Of a DNA stretch of 64,000 bases, positions 49,740 to 60,152 are shown in pieces (position 1 is the stretch's first letter; each line of letters starts with the position of its first letter). Made by a program: the position numbers and the translations under genes. Source of the stretch: Gammaproteobacteria bacterium (GTDB lineage Bacteria; Pseudomonadota; Gammaproteobacteria; UBA4575); assembly GCA_965222615.1 (NCBI GenBank), contig CBDCUI010000009.1, positions 480,001 to 544,000 on the forward strand, in the 5' to 3' direction. The notes under the pieces were generated by a model. It saw only the letters and a list, made by a program, of their open reading frames with translations. It was not told the DNA's origin and did no database searches.

Positions 49740-50600
49740 TCACAACAGCTTGAGGCCAGCTGCAAAAATGCTAGCTACCGTAAGATCCGCTGTGGTTCCC
49801 GGGTTGATTCGGTCACGCTTGAGATGGCCATCAATTTTCAATAATTGCGCTTCGTACCTACCCGGAGTGTCCGAACGGCAGAACTCCCTCTCAAGCGGGT
49901 TGATCATATCACTAATTTCGTGAGCTTTTAATATGCCGTGCTTACGTGCAACCAAACTATCTGGAAATCGGGTTAGATATCCTAAAAATAAGCCAGTTGT
50001 CGCCCAACATTCATCCTGCCATTGCTGTAGAAGCGATTCATAGCGAGGAATACCAAAATGATAAACATCATAAAAATTGTTTGAATATTGATCAGCTATT
50101 CGGTCCCATTCAGCTGCAATTTTCATTGTATTCAAAAGAGTTACAGTAGGTTCCTCAGAAACATCTTGATTTTCCTTTTTACCCATTCCTCCGGGTTCAG
50201 CAATACGAATAGCTTGATATACCTGAACTGCATCTTCGACCGTTGTATTTTGCAAAATCTGCGCCAAGGAATCGTCGCCTTGTCCCTCTAAGTAAGCCTG
50301 TACCAGAGGCGCCACTAGCAAAATAATGCCCAAATTGGTGTTAGTCCCGACTTCTTGTCGAGTTGCTCGAATCGCCCATAATATTCGCTCACCAAGGCTA
50401 TAATTCTTGCTTACCAAAGGCCCAGCACTGATTTCAGCGCTACGCAAGAAATCATCGACACTTAGTTCATCCGTCGCAGAATGAATACCAACATTGCCAG
50501 GTTTTAAGGCCTGCTGATCTAACCAACAAGCGTGCTTATATAAATCGGCAAGGTTTTGCTGAAGTGAGTTGAATTCAGGCATATGACGGACACAACGCAT
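49740..50600 (-). CDS. Orf7, CitG/MdcB-like triphosphoribosyl-dephospho-CoA synthase family
   Basis: KPGNV, NTNLGIILL, DSLVARKHG, NPGTTADL. Confidence 0.88.
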   Translation of the reverse strand: MRCVRHMPEFNSLQQNLADLYKHACWLDQQALKPGNVGIHSATDELSVDDFLRSAEISAGPLVSKNYSLGERILWAIRATRQEVGTNTNLGIILLVAPLVQAYLEGQGDDSLAQILQNTTVEDAVQVYQAIRIAEPGGMGKKENQDVSEEPTVTLLNTMKIAAEWDRIADQYSNNFYDVYHFGIPRYESLLQQWQDECWATTGLFLGYLTRFPDSLVARKHGILKAHEISDMINPLEREFCRSDTPGRYEAQLLKIDGHLKRDRINPGTTADLTVASIFAAGLKLL

Positions 50601-50615
50601 AACGCTGTAAAAGCG

Positions 50616-51851
50616 TTAATTATTTTGCGCGTAAGCTAAGACCTTTTTGATTGTAAGACCTTGAACCAAAATTGAAAACACTACAACACAATAGGTAATC
50701 ACTAGTAAGGGTTCACGCGCAGGGCCAGGAGGAATAGAAAGCGCCAAAGCCACGGAAATTCCACCGCGCAAACCACCCCAAGTTAAAATTGTTGTTGCGT
50801 AGGGCGTAAATGTTCTGAACTTTTTCATAATCTGGATGGGTGTGCCTACACAAATTAATCTTGCAAGGAGTACGATTGGTATGGCAATTAAGCCTGCAAT
50901 TAGGAACTGTTTTGTAAAGGTTAGAATCAAAAGCTCAACACCAATTAATAAGAACAAGATGGCATTAAGAATCTCATCGATTAACTCCCAAAAATCGTCC
51001 AATCGTTCTCTAGTCTTATCCGACATGGCTAGTGTTCTGCCTTGATTGCCAATAAACAATCCAGCTACCACAATCGCTATCGGGGCCGATACATGCAACG
51101 ACTCGGCTAAAGCATAGCCTCCTGAAACTAGTGCAAGGGTAATTAGCGCTTCGACTTGGTAGTTGTCTACTCCACGCAGCATGAAAAAGCCTAAGAACCC
51201 TAAACCTAAGCCAAATAACACACCACCTATTGACTCTAACGCAAACAATTTAACCACATGTGAAGTAGTCACTTCATCACCACCTGTTGCAATGCCAAGC
51301 AAAACTAAAAATACAACTACTCCTACCCCATCATTGAATAATGATTCACCTGCAATTTTTGTTTCTAAAGACTTTGGCGCACCAACCAACTTGAGAATCC
51401 CCATTACCGCAATTGGATCTGTTGGTGAAATTAGTGCGCCAAAAACCAAACAATAGATGTATGCAACAGGAATACCTAACCATTGGAGCACATAGTAGAT
51501 TGCAGTCCCGATGATAAATGTAGAACTAATTATGCCAACCGTTGCAAGTGTTGCAATTACCCACTTTTGTTCGCGTAGATCATTTATATTGACATGTAAA
51601 GCGCCTGCAAATAACAAAAAACTCAACATACCATGCAACAAGGCTTCGTTGAAATCAATACTGCTGACTAGCTTGGTTGCATGATCATCTAGAGAGAAAC
51701 CAAACTCACCAAATAAAATCAGCACTAGGGAAAAAACTAAGCTCAACAACATTATACCGATCGTTGTCGGTAGTTTAATAAATCGATAATTTATGTACGC
51801 AAATATGGCAGCTAAACAAAGCAGTAGCGAGGATATTTCAAATAAACTCAT
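50616..51851 (-). CDS. CPA1 family Na+/H+ antiporter (NhaP-like)
   Basis: FLLFAGAL, ISPTDPIAV, GESLFNDG, WGGLRGGISVALALS. Confidence 0.92.
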   Translation of the reverse strand: MSLFEISSLLLCLAAIFAYINYRFIKLPTTIGIMLLSLVFSLVLILFGEFGFSLDDHATKLVSSIDFNEALLHGMLSFLLFAGALHVNINDLREQKWVIATLATVGIISSTFIIGTAIYYVLQWLGIPVAYIYCLVFGALISPTDPIAVMGILKLVGAPKSLETKIAGESLFNDGVGVVVFLVLLGIATGGDEVTTSHVVKLFALESIGGVLFGLGLGFLGFFMLRGVDNYQVEALITLALVSGGYALAESLHVSAPIAIVVAGLFIGNQGRTLAMSDKTRERLDDFWELIDEILNAILFLLIGVELLILTFTKQFLIAGLIAIPIVLLARLICVGTPIQIMKKFRTFTPYATTILTWGGLRGGISVALALSIPPGPAREPLLVITYCVVVFSILVQGLTIKKVLAYAQNN

Positions 51852-51898
51852 AAGTTTATTACTAATAACTGTAAGTTAATATTTACTATTTTAGTGTC

Positions 51899-52807
51899 TT
51901 AGCTTGCTACGTTAACATTTGTTTGTGTTTGCATACACCTTATAAAGTCTTCAACAATTAAATCTGCGACTATAATCTTATTTACGCTTTGTAAACCTTT
52001 CCATGCTGGGATGCTGTTTACTTCGGTGACCCATAATTTGTCATTTGCATCACACATAATATCTACACCACCATAGTGCATATCGACTGCCTGCACCGCA
52101 TCTTTAGCCATTTTGGTGAATCGGTCACTTACCACTGCCGGATAGCATTTCCCACCATTCGCAACATTACTGATCCAATCGTTACCTTCTCTGCGCATGG
52201 CTGCAATTACTTGATTGCCAACTACAAATAACCTCCAATCATGTGCAACACTAGATCCAGTCCCGATAAACTGTTGCAAGTAATAGATTTGATTATAAAC
52301 CGAAAAATCAGTGGTATCTTCGGGCGTGGTGATCAATTGTAGGTTTTTACCTTGAGAACCGAATAACGGTTTTGCCACCACTTTGTACCCAAGTTCAAAT
52401 TGCTTACGTATAAATGCATAGGCCTGATGCACATCATTACCCACCCAGGTAGGTGGAGTTGAAATTCCTGCTTGATCAAGCAGAAAACTAGTCATGCCTT
52501 TATCTACACTGCGCTCAATTGCACGTGCATCGTTATAAACAAGAATATTTAATTCTTTTAACGCATGCAGAATGTCTAAATAAAACACTACTTCTTCTAA
52601 AGACCCTCCAGGCACCCCTCGCACAAAAACCCCATCTGGCAAACGTTTCTCAAAACCAGGTATCCATAAATTATTACCAACACCTATTTCAAAACGACAT
52701 TGCGTCAATGAAACATTAGTACACTTAAATCCTTTACCATTAAACGCCTCGTGTAATTGTGCGGCATGCCAACCGGGGTCGTCGGTAAAAATTGCAATAT
52801 GTTTCAT
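51899..52807 (-). CDS. Orf5 (MyfA), RimK-family ATP-grasp glutamate ligase
   Basis: TDDPGWH, GSLEEVVFYLDILHAL, KPLFGSQG, DWRLFV, EVNSIPAWKGLQ; follows mch. Confidence 0.9.
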   Translation of the reverse strand: MKHIAIFTDDPGWHAAQLHEAFNGKGFKCTNVSLTQCRFEIGVGNNLWIPGFEKRLPDGVFVRGVPGGSLEEVVFYLDILHALKELNILVYNDARAIERSVDKGMTSFLLDQAGISTPPTWVGNDVHQAYAFIRKQFELGYKVVAKPLFGSQGKNLQLITTPEDTTDFSVYNQIYYLQQFIGTGSSVAHDWRLFVVGNQVIAAMRREGNDWISNVANGGKCYPAVVSDRFTKMAKDAVQAVDMHYGGVDIMCDANDKLWVTEVNSIPAWKGLQSVNKIIVADLIVEDFIRCMQTQTNVNVAS

Positions 52808-52843
52808 AACTAACGAAGCTATAACCTAATCTCTTAGGTGGCA

Positions 52844-53797
52844 CTAGGAGAAAGATTTGTGTAGTAATCTAGGATCTAACTCTCCACCACGAAATGTCTT
52901 GCCACTTTCAACTGCAGTAACCATCACAGACGCTGGACTAAAAAGCATCGGATCAATTTTAAAAAAGTCATATTCATAGTCCTTAAATACTTGTGCAAAT
53001 GGTTTGCCATAATCTCGTGATGCGCTAGATGGTAATTCCGTGGCTAACTTTTCAGCTTCAGCATCATTTCCTTTCACAAAAAGATGTACACGGCCGGCAA
53101 ATAAAATCGCATCATTAGTGCGTCCCATAGCTTTTACAAAGTCTGGTATGGGTGGCGACAATGGTGCGCTCGCAGAACCATCTAATACATTCTCTAATGG
53201 ATAACCCAGCTCATGGGTTTTGTGCATGGCCACTTCTAGCACTCTAGACACAACTTGCACACTACCTGCAATTGAACTTGTTGGTGTGAATATAAATGTC
53301 AATGCAGTGGGGTCCAACTTACAAGCTTCCGCTATTTTATCGACTAATTCAATCGGCGGTAAGTGATCCACCTCAAGCACAAATGTAGCGCTATCACATC
53401 CATCTTTATATCCAAGTACATCAAACAGTGGTTCTTTTAAGGCAATGGCCCGTCCTGGCCCGGAACCCAAAGCATGAAACTTTTCATGTGATAAACTCCA
53501 ACCGGCATATTGGCTCGCCAAACACGCGATTACAGGATGTGAGGTATGCACATGCAATGTAAGCGGCCAATCACTCATGGCAGCCATTGAATGATAAAGT
53601 GTTACTGTACCTAAGCCACCCATGCAAATTTCACCAATGACCCTGCCAGCCTCTAGACCACCCACACAGTCTATTCCAGCATCAATATAAGTGGCTCCAT
53701 TAGAAAATTTTTCTACTTTTATCCGTAATGCATCGCGCTTGGATATCAACTCCTCAACTAGTGGTTTTGCAAGCTGATTGATACTAATGTTAGACAT
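52844..53797 (-). CDS. mch: Methenyltetrahydromethanopterin cyclohydrolase
   Basis: [48 protein letters not shown]. Confidence 0.97.
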   Translation of the reverse strand: MSNISINQLAKPLVEELISKRDALRIKVEKFSNGATYIDAGIDCVGGLEAGRVIGEICMGGLGTVTLYHSMAAMSDWPLTLHVHTSHPVIACLASQYAGWSLSHEKFHALGSGPGRAIALKEPLFDVLGYKDGCDSATFVLEVDHLPPIELVDKIAEACKLDPTALTFIFTPTSSIAGSVQVVSRVLEVAMHKTHELGYPLENVLDGSASAPLSPPIPDFVKAMGRTNDAILFAGRVHLFVKGNDAEAEKLATELPSSASRDYGKPFAQVFKDYEYDFFKIDPMLFSPASVMVTAVESGKTFRGGELDPRLLHKSFS

Positions 53798-54971
53798 GTT
53801 TTACCTTTGATCTTTTATCATTTATTTGTGAGTTTAGGCTTTCTAAGATTATTTTTTTACGAGTATGAATCATCTGGCGTACTTGAACCACATTTTTACC
53901 TCCAGAAAATACACTACAAACAGGGTCATATTGTTGAACCCATTGTTCTGGATAAGGTCTATCTGCAGTCCAGAGTGGCCAAACAAAATCTTTAGGTATT
54001 TGTACATTTTCTTGCGCATATACAATTGCATGGGCACGCAAAAGATGACTTGGCTGGCTAGGAGCAAGTTCATGCGTTATACATACATCGATATGTTCTT
54101 TTAGCAAGTCACCATGTTTGGTTTCGTATAATTCATAGGTCGCAGGTATGCGTGGGTTTACTTCAAGTACATAAATGTTGTTATTAGATAATATATAATC
54201 AATACTGTTTAAACCAATCAAATTAAACGCCTTGGTAATAATTGTCGCATAACGAATAGCTATTGATTGTTGCTCTTCTGTAAGCTCTACTGAATTGATT
54301 GCGCCACTGTATGCATAAGGAAATTTTTCTCCGAGTCGTTCACTCCACAGGCTATTAAAACCCAACGCTTTAATTTCCTTACCATTGGCAAGAAATAGTA
54401 AGGAAAAATTCAAGCCGTCAATTTTTCTTTGATAGTAACTATCTTTATTTACATCAGAATAAACCTGATTACCACTTACTCCTAGCCCTCCTGTACTTGT
54501 TGCATGTTTAAGCAGCCATGGGCCAGAACTATTGGCTATAAGTTTAAAACTTGTTTCAGGATAGGGAATCGAGTTTTGGTCTAATGTTGAGAAAAATTTT
54601 TCCGGATTTTTGCACTGTCGTAGTGAATCACTTGAATTCCCAAATAACACCGAATTACTTGTCATAAACCTAGCATATATTGAATCCAATAAATCTGGAT
54701 TAGATTCTAATACAGCACCATAAAATAACCCATCAAATGAATATCGGCTTTGTAATTCATCAACAATCTGCAAAACTTCACATTCGTCAAGACCATATTT
54801 TGTACGTGCGGTGGATTTACAAACTTCGGTCGCTGCAACAGCATCCATGTCCACAAAACCATTTATCAAGGCTGTAGTTTTTCCAACCGCCTTAAGCGCC
54901 TGCACAATGGCGCGGCCTGATGTGGCTACTACCAGATAAATTGGCTTATCCTTGTACGATCTCCCGTGCAA
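53790..54971 (-). CDS. OrfY (MyfB), ATP-grasp protein
   Basis: SGRA N-terminus, GNS, STGGLGV, GLNSID, LEVNPR; lies between mtdB and mch. Start tentatively TTG 54971 (ORF open to 55067). Confidence 0.82.
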   Translation of the reverse strand: MHGRSYKDKPIYLVVATSGRAIVQALKAVGKTTALINGFVDMDAVAATEVCKSTARTKYGLDECEVLQIVDELQSRYSFDGLFYGAVLESNPDLLDSIYARFMTSNSVLFGNSSDSLRQCKNPEKFFSTLDQNSIPYPETSFKLIANSSGPWLLKHATSTGGLGVSGNQVYSDVNKDSYYQRKIDGLNFSLLFLANGKEIKALGFNSLWSERLGEKFPYAYSGAINSVELTEEQQSIAIRYATIITKAFNLIGLNSIDYILSNNNIYVLEVNPRIPATYELYETKHGDLLKEHIDVCITHELAPSQPSHLLRAHAIVYAQENVQIPKDFVWPLWTADRPYPEQWVQQYDPVCSVFSGGKNVVQVRQMIHTRKKIILESLNSQINDKRSKVKHV

Positions 54972-55848
54972 TCTCGAATGCGCGCTCAAAGTGGAGATAA
55001 ATTGATTTATCAGAATCACGCATTTCTTGTAACAAACGATGCTGAGTTTGATATTTAACATTACCAATCGCTAACGCGCCGATTCCTACCGCACCACTCT
55101 TTGAACCTTTAATGGGTTCACAGTCACCCATTAAATCCAAGCCCGCAATTCCTGAAGGTGGCACTGCATTTACATCTGCCGCAACCTTAAGAGTACTTGC
55201 TGTATCAATATGTTTCTCACTAATAACCTGTATACCTGCAGCAGCTGCCGCAAGAACCACATCGGCAATTTGTACAACCCCGTCAATCATGTCATTCGCT
55301 TCACCTTTGATCCCTGTCAGCTCTGAACCGTATTCACTATTACAAAGCGCAGCAACGCGTTGTGATTTATCTTTTTTACGCCCCATTATTTTCACATCTG
55401 CACCTGCTTTTGCAGCCAATACCGCAGCAGTTGAACCAACGGGCCCCGTCCCACCCATGACGATGACACACTTATCTTTTAAATCAGTATCGAACTTATC
55501 TTTTAGAGCCTGTTCAACGCAAGCCACCATACCCGCAGCAGTGGTAAATGCACCACTAGGATCTGCAAAACAAGAAACTTCAAACGGCGGCACCATCGAT
55601 TCTTGACAAATCTCCATCATATCCATCGCCATGTGCATATCACGCCCCCCTATAAATAGCCCTGTTCTTTTTACCCCTGTCGGGCCACGTGAAAAAATTG
55701 CATCTTGTACCAGGGCTTGTACTTCATCTTTTTCAACATTTATATAGCCCGTTGCATTGTCCCAACCAGCATCTAACGCCATGTTTACGTCAAAAGGGCT
55801 TAAATTTTTTGCAGGCGTGATCATATGAAGAATATATGGCTTTTCCAT
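54946..55848 (-). CDS. mtdB: NAD(P)-dependent methylene-H4MPT dehydrogenase
   Basis: SPFDVNMALDAG, QDAIFSRG, ADPSGAFTTAA, GGTGPVG, DVNAVPPSG, GALAIGNVKY; ATG 55848. Confidence 0.93.
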   Translation of the reverse strand: MEKPYILHMITPAKNLSPFDVNMALDAGWDNATGYINVEKDEVQALVQDAIFSRGPTGVKRTGLFIGGRDMHMAMDMMEICQESMVPPFEVSCFADPSGAFTTAAGMVACVEQALKDKFDTDLKDKCVIVMGGTGPVGSTAAVLAAKAGADVKIMGRKKDKSQRVAALCNSEYGSELTGIKGEANDMIDGVVQIADVVLAAAAAGIQVISEKHIDTASTLKVAADVNAVPPSGIAGLDLMGDCEPIKGSKSGAVGIGALAIGNVKYQTQHRLLQEMRDSDKSIYLHFERAFEIAREIVQG

Positions 55849-55929
55849 TTTTTTCTCTCTAATTATTAATTGATTAACAAATACAACCCACCACAAGTGT
55901 TCTTGTGTGGTTCACAGTAAATTACTCTT

Positions 55930-56934
55930 TTAAGATTTAATTGCTTTAGACAAAGAAATTTTATCTTGTTCTTGTATGTCTAGTTCCTCTATTCTGGCCC
56001 CAGTATTTCTTCCTGATACTATTTTAAATTGTAAATTTTTATTATTGGCAAACTTTTTTTGTAGCTCACGTACTAGCATATGAGCTTGCGTTTCACTATC
56101 AACAAATGCAAAACCCGTTGGGCCCCAAGAGCTCTGGCCCACCCCCTGTACTCCTAATGATTCTAAATAGGTAATCGCATCTCCAACAATGCTGCTAGTA
56201 TAACGTCCTCCTTGAGCAGACGCGAAAAATTCTCCTATACAACGTTGAATCTCAAAAATTCCCTTACTAAATACCTGTATGTCTTGCTCCGCAATCGCAG
56301 GTAAAACCTGCATCAAGATCAATCGGCATATATTGGCGGCAGTTTGAGGAGAAAATGTTGGTAAATTAGTGAAGGATATATGTTCCTCCTCACCATGCAG
56401 TCCTCTATGGGCCATATCAAAAATCAAAATTATTCGCCAGTTAGATGGGAATTGCATACGTGAAATAATTGGTGGAATAGGACTGTGAGTATTTCGCCCT
56501 CCATCAACTAGAAAACCACCCTGTTGAAATGCACCTATTCCAATTCCCGATCGCGCACCACGATTCAGAATCACGGCTATTTCTGTAGTCGAACAATTTA
56601 ATTCATAAAGTTTAGTGATTGCAGTACCAATAGCTAAAGCAAGCTGAGTGCCTGAGCCTAAGCCTGAGTGTCCAAATATCTGCTCAACTACTTCAATCTG
56701 GCAACCATCGGCAAGTCCTTTACGTGTACAAAATTTCTGCGCATATTCTTGCACTCTACCAGTATCATCACCAACAACATGAATGCGTTCTGCCCGACGT
56801 ACAATAATTTTAGTAGCGATATCATCAATGGTGAGGCCTAAACTTCCAAACCTTCTACCCAGTCCGCCTTCTAAGTCTAAAAAGCCCAAATGCAGGCGCG
56901 CGGGTGCCTCGATATATATGGGTAATGTATCCAT
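55930..56934 (-). CDS. mptG: Beta-ribofuranosylaminobenzene 5'-phosphate synthase
   Basis: APARLHLGFLDL..GRRFGSLG, HSGLGSGTQLAL, RGARSGIG, GQSSWGPT (GHMP fold). Confidence 0.95.
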   Translation of the reverse strand: MDTLPIYIEAPARLHLGFLDLEGGLGRRFGSLGLTIDDIATKIIVRRAERIHVVGDDTGRVQEYAQKFCTRKGLADGCQIEVVEQIFGHSGLGSGTQLALAIGTAITKLYELNCSTTEIAVILNRGARSGIGIGAFQQGGFLVDGGRNTHSPIPPIISRMQFPSNWRIILIFDMAHRGLHGEEEHISFTNLPTFSPQTAANICRLILMQVLPAIAEQDIQVFSKGIFEIQRCIGEFFASAQGGRYTSSIVGDAITYLESLGVQGVGQSSWGPTGFAFVDSETQAHMLVRELQKKFANNKNLQFKIVSGRNTGARIEELDIQEQDKISLSKAIKS

Positions 56935-57231
56935 AGCTACATGTTAGTTTAATAAAGCTCATTAAGCACTAGAAATTATAGCAATTTAATTCTTAACAAG
57001 TATGAACTTAAGAATTTTTTAATGATCGCAAACAGATTTCTAGTCGCCACCTGGATAGTGGAGAACTGTCCTCATATGAATTTCACAATTAAATTATGAG
57101 TTAAGATACGACTATTATTTATGGAGGGGTGTAATTGCTATTTACAGCAATATCCTAACTTTTATGACAGCAAAAAATAGATACGTCTATACCACTTAGA
57201 CCTACTCTAAACTATCTTCAGCAACTATATT

Positions 57232-57639
57232 TCAATAACGTGGGCAGTAGCGATTGCCTCGATCATAGCCATAACGATAATTATGGTTTCGAAATCCACT
57301 GTTATACCGGCGATAATGGTGTCTATCGTAATAAGGTCTGTGATAATCACGCTTGTAATGCCTATAACCACGGCGATCATAATAATCATAATGGCGTGGC
57401 CTAAAGTGCTTGCGCCGATGCTTGTAATATCTGGGTTCATGATAATAGTGGCTTCTAAAATGACCATGTTTGAAATGGTGCTTACCATAGTCTGAATAGC
57501 CAATGATAATTTCCACAGGATGCCCTGAGTAGCCAATCCTTCCATGTATCCTGTCACCTGCATGAGCTTGTGATAACAAGGTGAATACAAAAAAGCCTAC
57601 TATAGTTGCTACAACAGTTTTAAGGTTACTCATTACCAC
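57232..57639 (-). CDS. Secreted His/Tyr/Arg-rich low-complexity protein
   Basis: Signal peptide ending AHA; mature part dominated by H, Y and R; GGAG RBS before GTG 57639 / ATG 57633. Confidence 0.7.
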   Translation of the reverse strand: MVMSNLKTVVATIVGFFVFTLLSQAHAGDRIHGRIGYSGHPVEIIIGYSDYGKHHFKHGHFRSHYYHEPRYYKHRRKHFRPRHYDYYDRRGYRHYKRDYHRPYYDRHHYRRYNSGFRNHNYRYGYDRGNRYCPRY

Positions 57640-58114
57640 TCTCCAGTTTTTGTTGGACTCTATTATGAATGGTTTTAGCTGATAATTGCTGTATAAAAAT
57701 GTGAAAAAATTTAGGAATCAACTGCCAATAAACTCTACAAATTAGTCAAAATAAGCTAGTTTATAGGCTAACCACTTTCAGCTGAAAGAGAAATTTTCAT
57801 ACAGTTTCAACTTTTAGCCATTCCACTAAGTAATAAATAAATTGCCTCTCTTGAAGCTTTAGTGGAACCGCATGTTTAGGGGCAAAGCTCCCCAAAATAT
57901 CCCTTAATCAAAAAAACTAGTCAGAAACAACTTGAATATTGATTCTATTAATGAGCTGGGGAAGGTCAAAAGTATATTCAATATGACTTCCACAAAACAA
58001 AAAGCATTAAAATATTATTTGCTTATAAAAAAAATAACAACTATCAACTAAATATACAATCCATAAGCTCAGAGTCGTATTTTTATGGTTTGATTTATTT
58101 TTCACATTAAGCAC

Positions 58115-59770
58115 TTATTCATCTTTATCATATTTCGAATAACCAGTTATTTTACGATTTATTATTGGTAGTTCATTTACAATCTTCACTGGCCCTTTAG
58201 CCACCTCTCCCAAATTTTGGTAGACGATGAGTTCTTTGTCTACTGAGTCATAATTAGCATTCATTTTAAAACGTCTGACAACTTTAAATTTACCTGCATT
58301 GAGAACGTTTTGTAGTTTTTCCATCTGATCCAGGTCTGTCCAAAAATCTGGTTGTGCTACGATGTAGTGCACACCCATTTTATTAATCAAATCATTTATC
58401 TCTGGTTCACTATAATTCTGTTGTTCAACACCAAGAGAACGTCTGACTGATATTTTCAGCAATAGTTTTGTTGCTCGAAGTACACTTAAATCAGGTCTTT
58501 CTGAGTATGCACGCATATTAAATGTGAAAGCACCATCACGATAACCAGAAAATAGCACATTGCTATTTTTTGGAGCAATATTTGAAACATATTCAACTAC
58601 ATCTTTGTAACCATCTACATAGTAGACTGGTCGCGTGACTATTGTAATCCCCAAAGTGAACACTCCAATGATTACAACACCCACCGTTGCAAAACGTTCA
58701 TCTTTTCTGAAAATATGTTTTAAAGCAAAACCTACAGAAAGAACAACTGGTAGCAGTAAAAATACACTGTGACGAGCTTCTTTCAAATCAATACTAGAAA
58801 AAAATAAATATCCAAAAGCAAACCATAAAAACAAAAAAAGACCATTCTTAATTTTTAGGCGTTGCTTATATAGTGGCGCTATCAAAAAAATAACGAAAGC
58901 CACTGACGCCACTAAAACAGGCCACCCAATTTGTGATGGAAATTGCTTTGCATACCAAATCCATCCATCAATTGAAAACCTTGAAACTTTTGAATCGCTT
59001 ATACCAGCTATAGATTGAATGTTGGCCTGGCCAAAATTAAATGTCAGGTAGACTAATGGCAACACACTGATAATAGTTAATGCCAAAATAATATAGCTAT
59101 GCTTGTCTCGAAATAATGAAAAACCACGCGAATAAATTAAAACAACTAAATATGGTATACTGATAAAGACAATTGAAAGTTTGGTATAAGCTCCAAGAAC
59201 AAATAAACCAATACAGACATAAAGCAAATAAATGCGTTCTTCTCGAATATGTCTAACGAAGAAATAGGCGCTCCATACTAAGAATGCATAAGATGGGACC
59301 TCTAACATAACCATTCTCCCCCAAAAAGCAATTTCAGGAGATACGATGAGAAGCAGCGAAACTGCAAATGCCAATGGTGCACTAAACCATTGGCGCGATA
59401 ATAGAAATGTCCCAAAAGCTAAAAGTGAATAACAAATAAAAAGAACAAATATTGCCGTTTCATGCGACACACCAAATACAGCATAAAAGGGTGCTAATAA
59501 AAAAGAGAGTAAGGGAGGATAAAGTAGAATAGTAAGCGCAGGATACTGAGAATAATAGTTATAGGCATATCTAGTAGGATCGTCGAAAGGAGCTGCTCTA
59601 ATTAAATCCATTACAAAAGCGCCATTTAGTGCATGCCGTGGTGAATCTGACCATGAAAATGCACCACTAGTAGGCGCTCCTGTTAAAAATAGAAATACCA
59701 CTACTGATAAAAGTAACAAGCAAAAACCCAGCATCTGGTATTTTTGCCCAACCCCAGATTGTTTTTTCAC
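58115..59770 (-). CDS. GT-C fold glycosyltransferase (ArnT / PMT_2-like)
   Basis: Polytopic membrane protein; first-loop WSDSPRH, YPP, MLEVP, EARH; GTG start overlaps the upstream stop (GTGA). Confidence 0.8.
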   Translation of the reverse strand: MKKQSGVGQKYQMLGFCLLLLSVVVFLFLTGAPTSGAFSWSDSPRHALNGAFVMDLIRAAPFDDPTRYAYNYYSQYPALTILLYPPLLSFLLAPFYAVFGVSHETAIFVLFICYSLLAFGTFLLSRQWFSAPLAFAVSLLLIVSPEIAFWGRMVMLEVPSYAFLVWSAYFFVRHIREERIYLLYVCIGLFVLGAYTKLSIVFISIPYLVVLIYSRGFSLFRDKHSYIILALTIISVLPLVYLTFNFGQANIQSIAGISDSKVSRFSIDGWIWYAKQFPSQIGWPVLVASVAFVIFLIAPLYKQRLKIKNGLFLFLWFAFGYLFFSSIDLKEARHSVFLLLPVVLSVGFALKHIFRKDERFATVGVVIIGVFTLGITIVTRPVYYVDGYKDVVEYVSNIAPKNSNVLFSGYRDGAFTFNMRAYSERPDLSVLRATKLLLKISVRRSLGVEQQNYSEPEINDLINKMGVHYIVAQPDFWTDLDQMEKLQNVLNAGKFKVVRRFKMNANYDSVDKELIVYQNLGEVAKGPVKIVNELPIINRKITGYSKYDKDE

Positions 59771-60141
59771 GCCGTTTTTCCAACCAGCACACATCCAAAA
59801 GCGATAAGGATGGTCCCTAAAATTCGAGTTGGGGTTACAGTTTCATCGAGTAAAAATGCTCCAAAAGCCATTGTCACAAGAAAACTTACTCCTACAAACG
59901 GATAAGCAACGGAAAGATCAACTTTTGAAAGTACCCATATCCAAAATGCAACACTCAATCCATAAATAACTAGCCCAATCCAAATCAGAGGAGACAAGGC
60001 AGCAGCTATCAACGATTCAATTACACCATTTTGAAGAGCATATGCCATTTGAGGTTTCATTACTCCCAACTTGAGAACAAGCTGTGCGCAAGCAGATAAC
60101 GTTACCGTAAACAGAATAATTCCCAGAACATAATATGTCAT
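59767..60141 (-). CDS. EamA/SMR-type small transporter (ArnE/ArnF-like flippase)
   Basis: AQLVLKLG, WIWVLSKVDLSVAYPF, four TM helices. Confidence 0.82.
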   Translation of the reverse strand: MTYYVLGIILFTVTLSACAQLVLKLGVMKPQMAYALQNGVIESLIAAALSPLIWIGLVIYGLSVAFWIWVLSKVDLSVAYPFVGVSFLVTMAFGAFLLDETVTPTRILGTILIAFGCVLVGKTA

Positions 60142-60152
60142 TCTTAACCTTT

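Noticed and set aside
57007-57023. CTTAAG-N5-TTTAAT PmrA-like box upstream of mptG
   Set aside because: Likely by chance in very AT-rich DNA, with no supporting context.
56935-57231. Riboswitch (ZTP/THF) or sRNA upstream of mptG
   Set aside because: No consensus elements recognised; only short, weak hairpins.
57225-57590. Alternative-frame Ile/Thr/Met-rich ORF overlapping the His-rich gene
   Set aside because: By-product of repeated CAT/TAT/CGC codons; the other frame has the RBS and signal peptide.
57841-57910. Short translation IASLEALVEPHV*GQSSPKYPL faintly like an IS5 transposase N-terminus
   Set aside because: Too short and weak; no terminal inverted repeats or further transposase motifs were seen.
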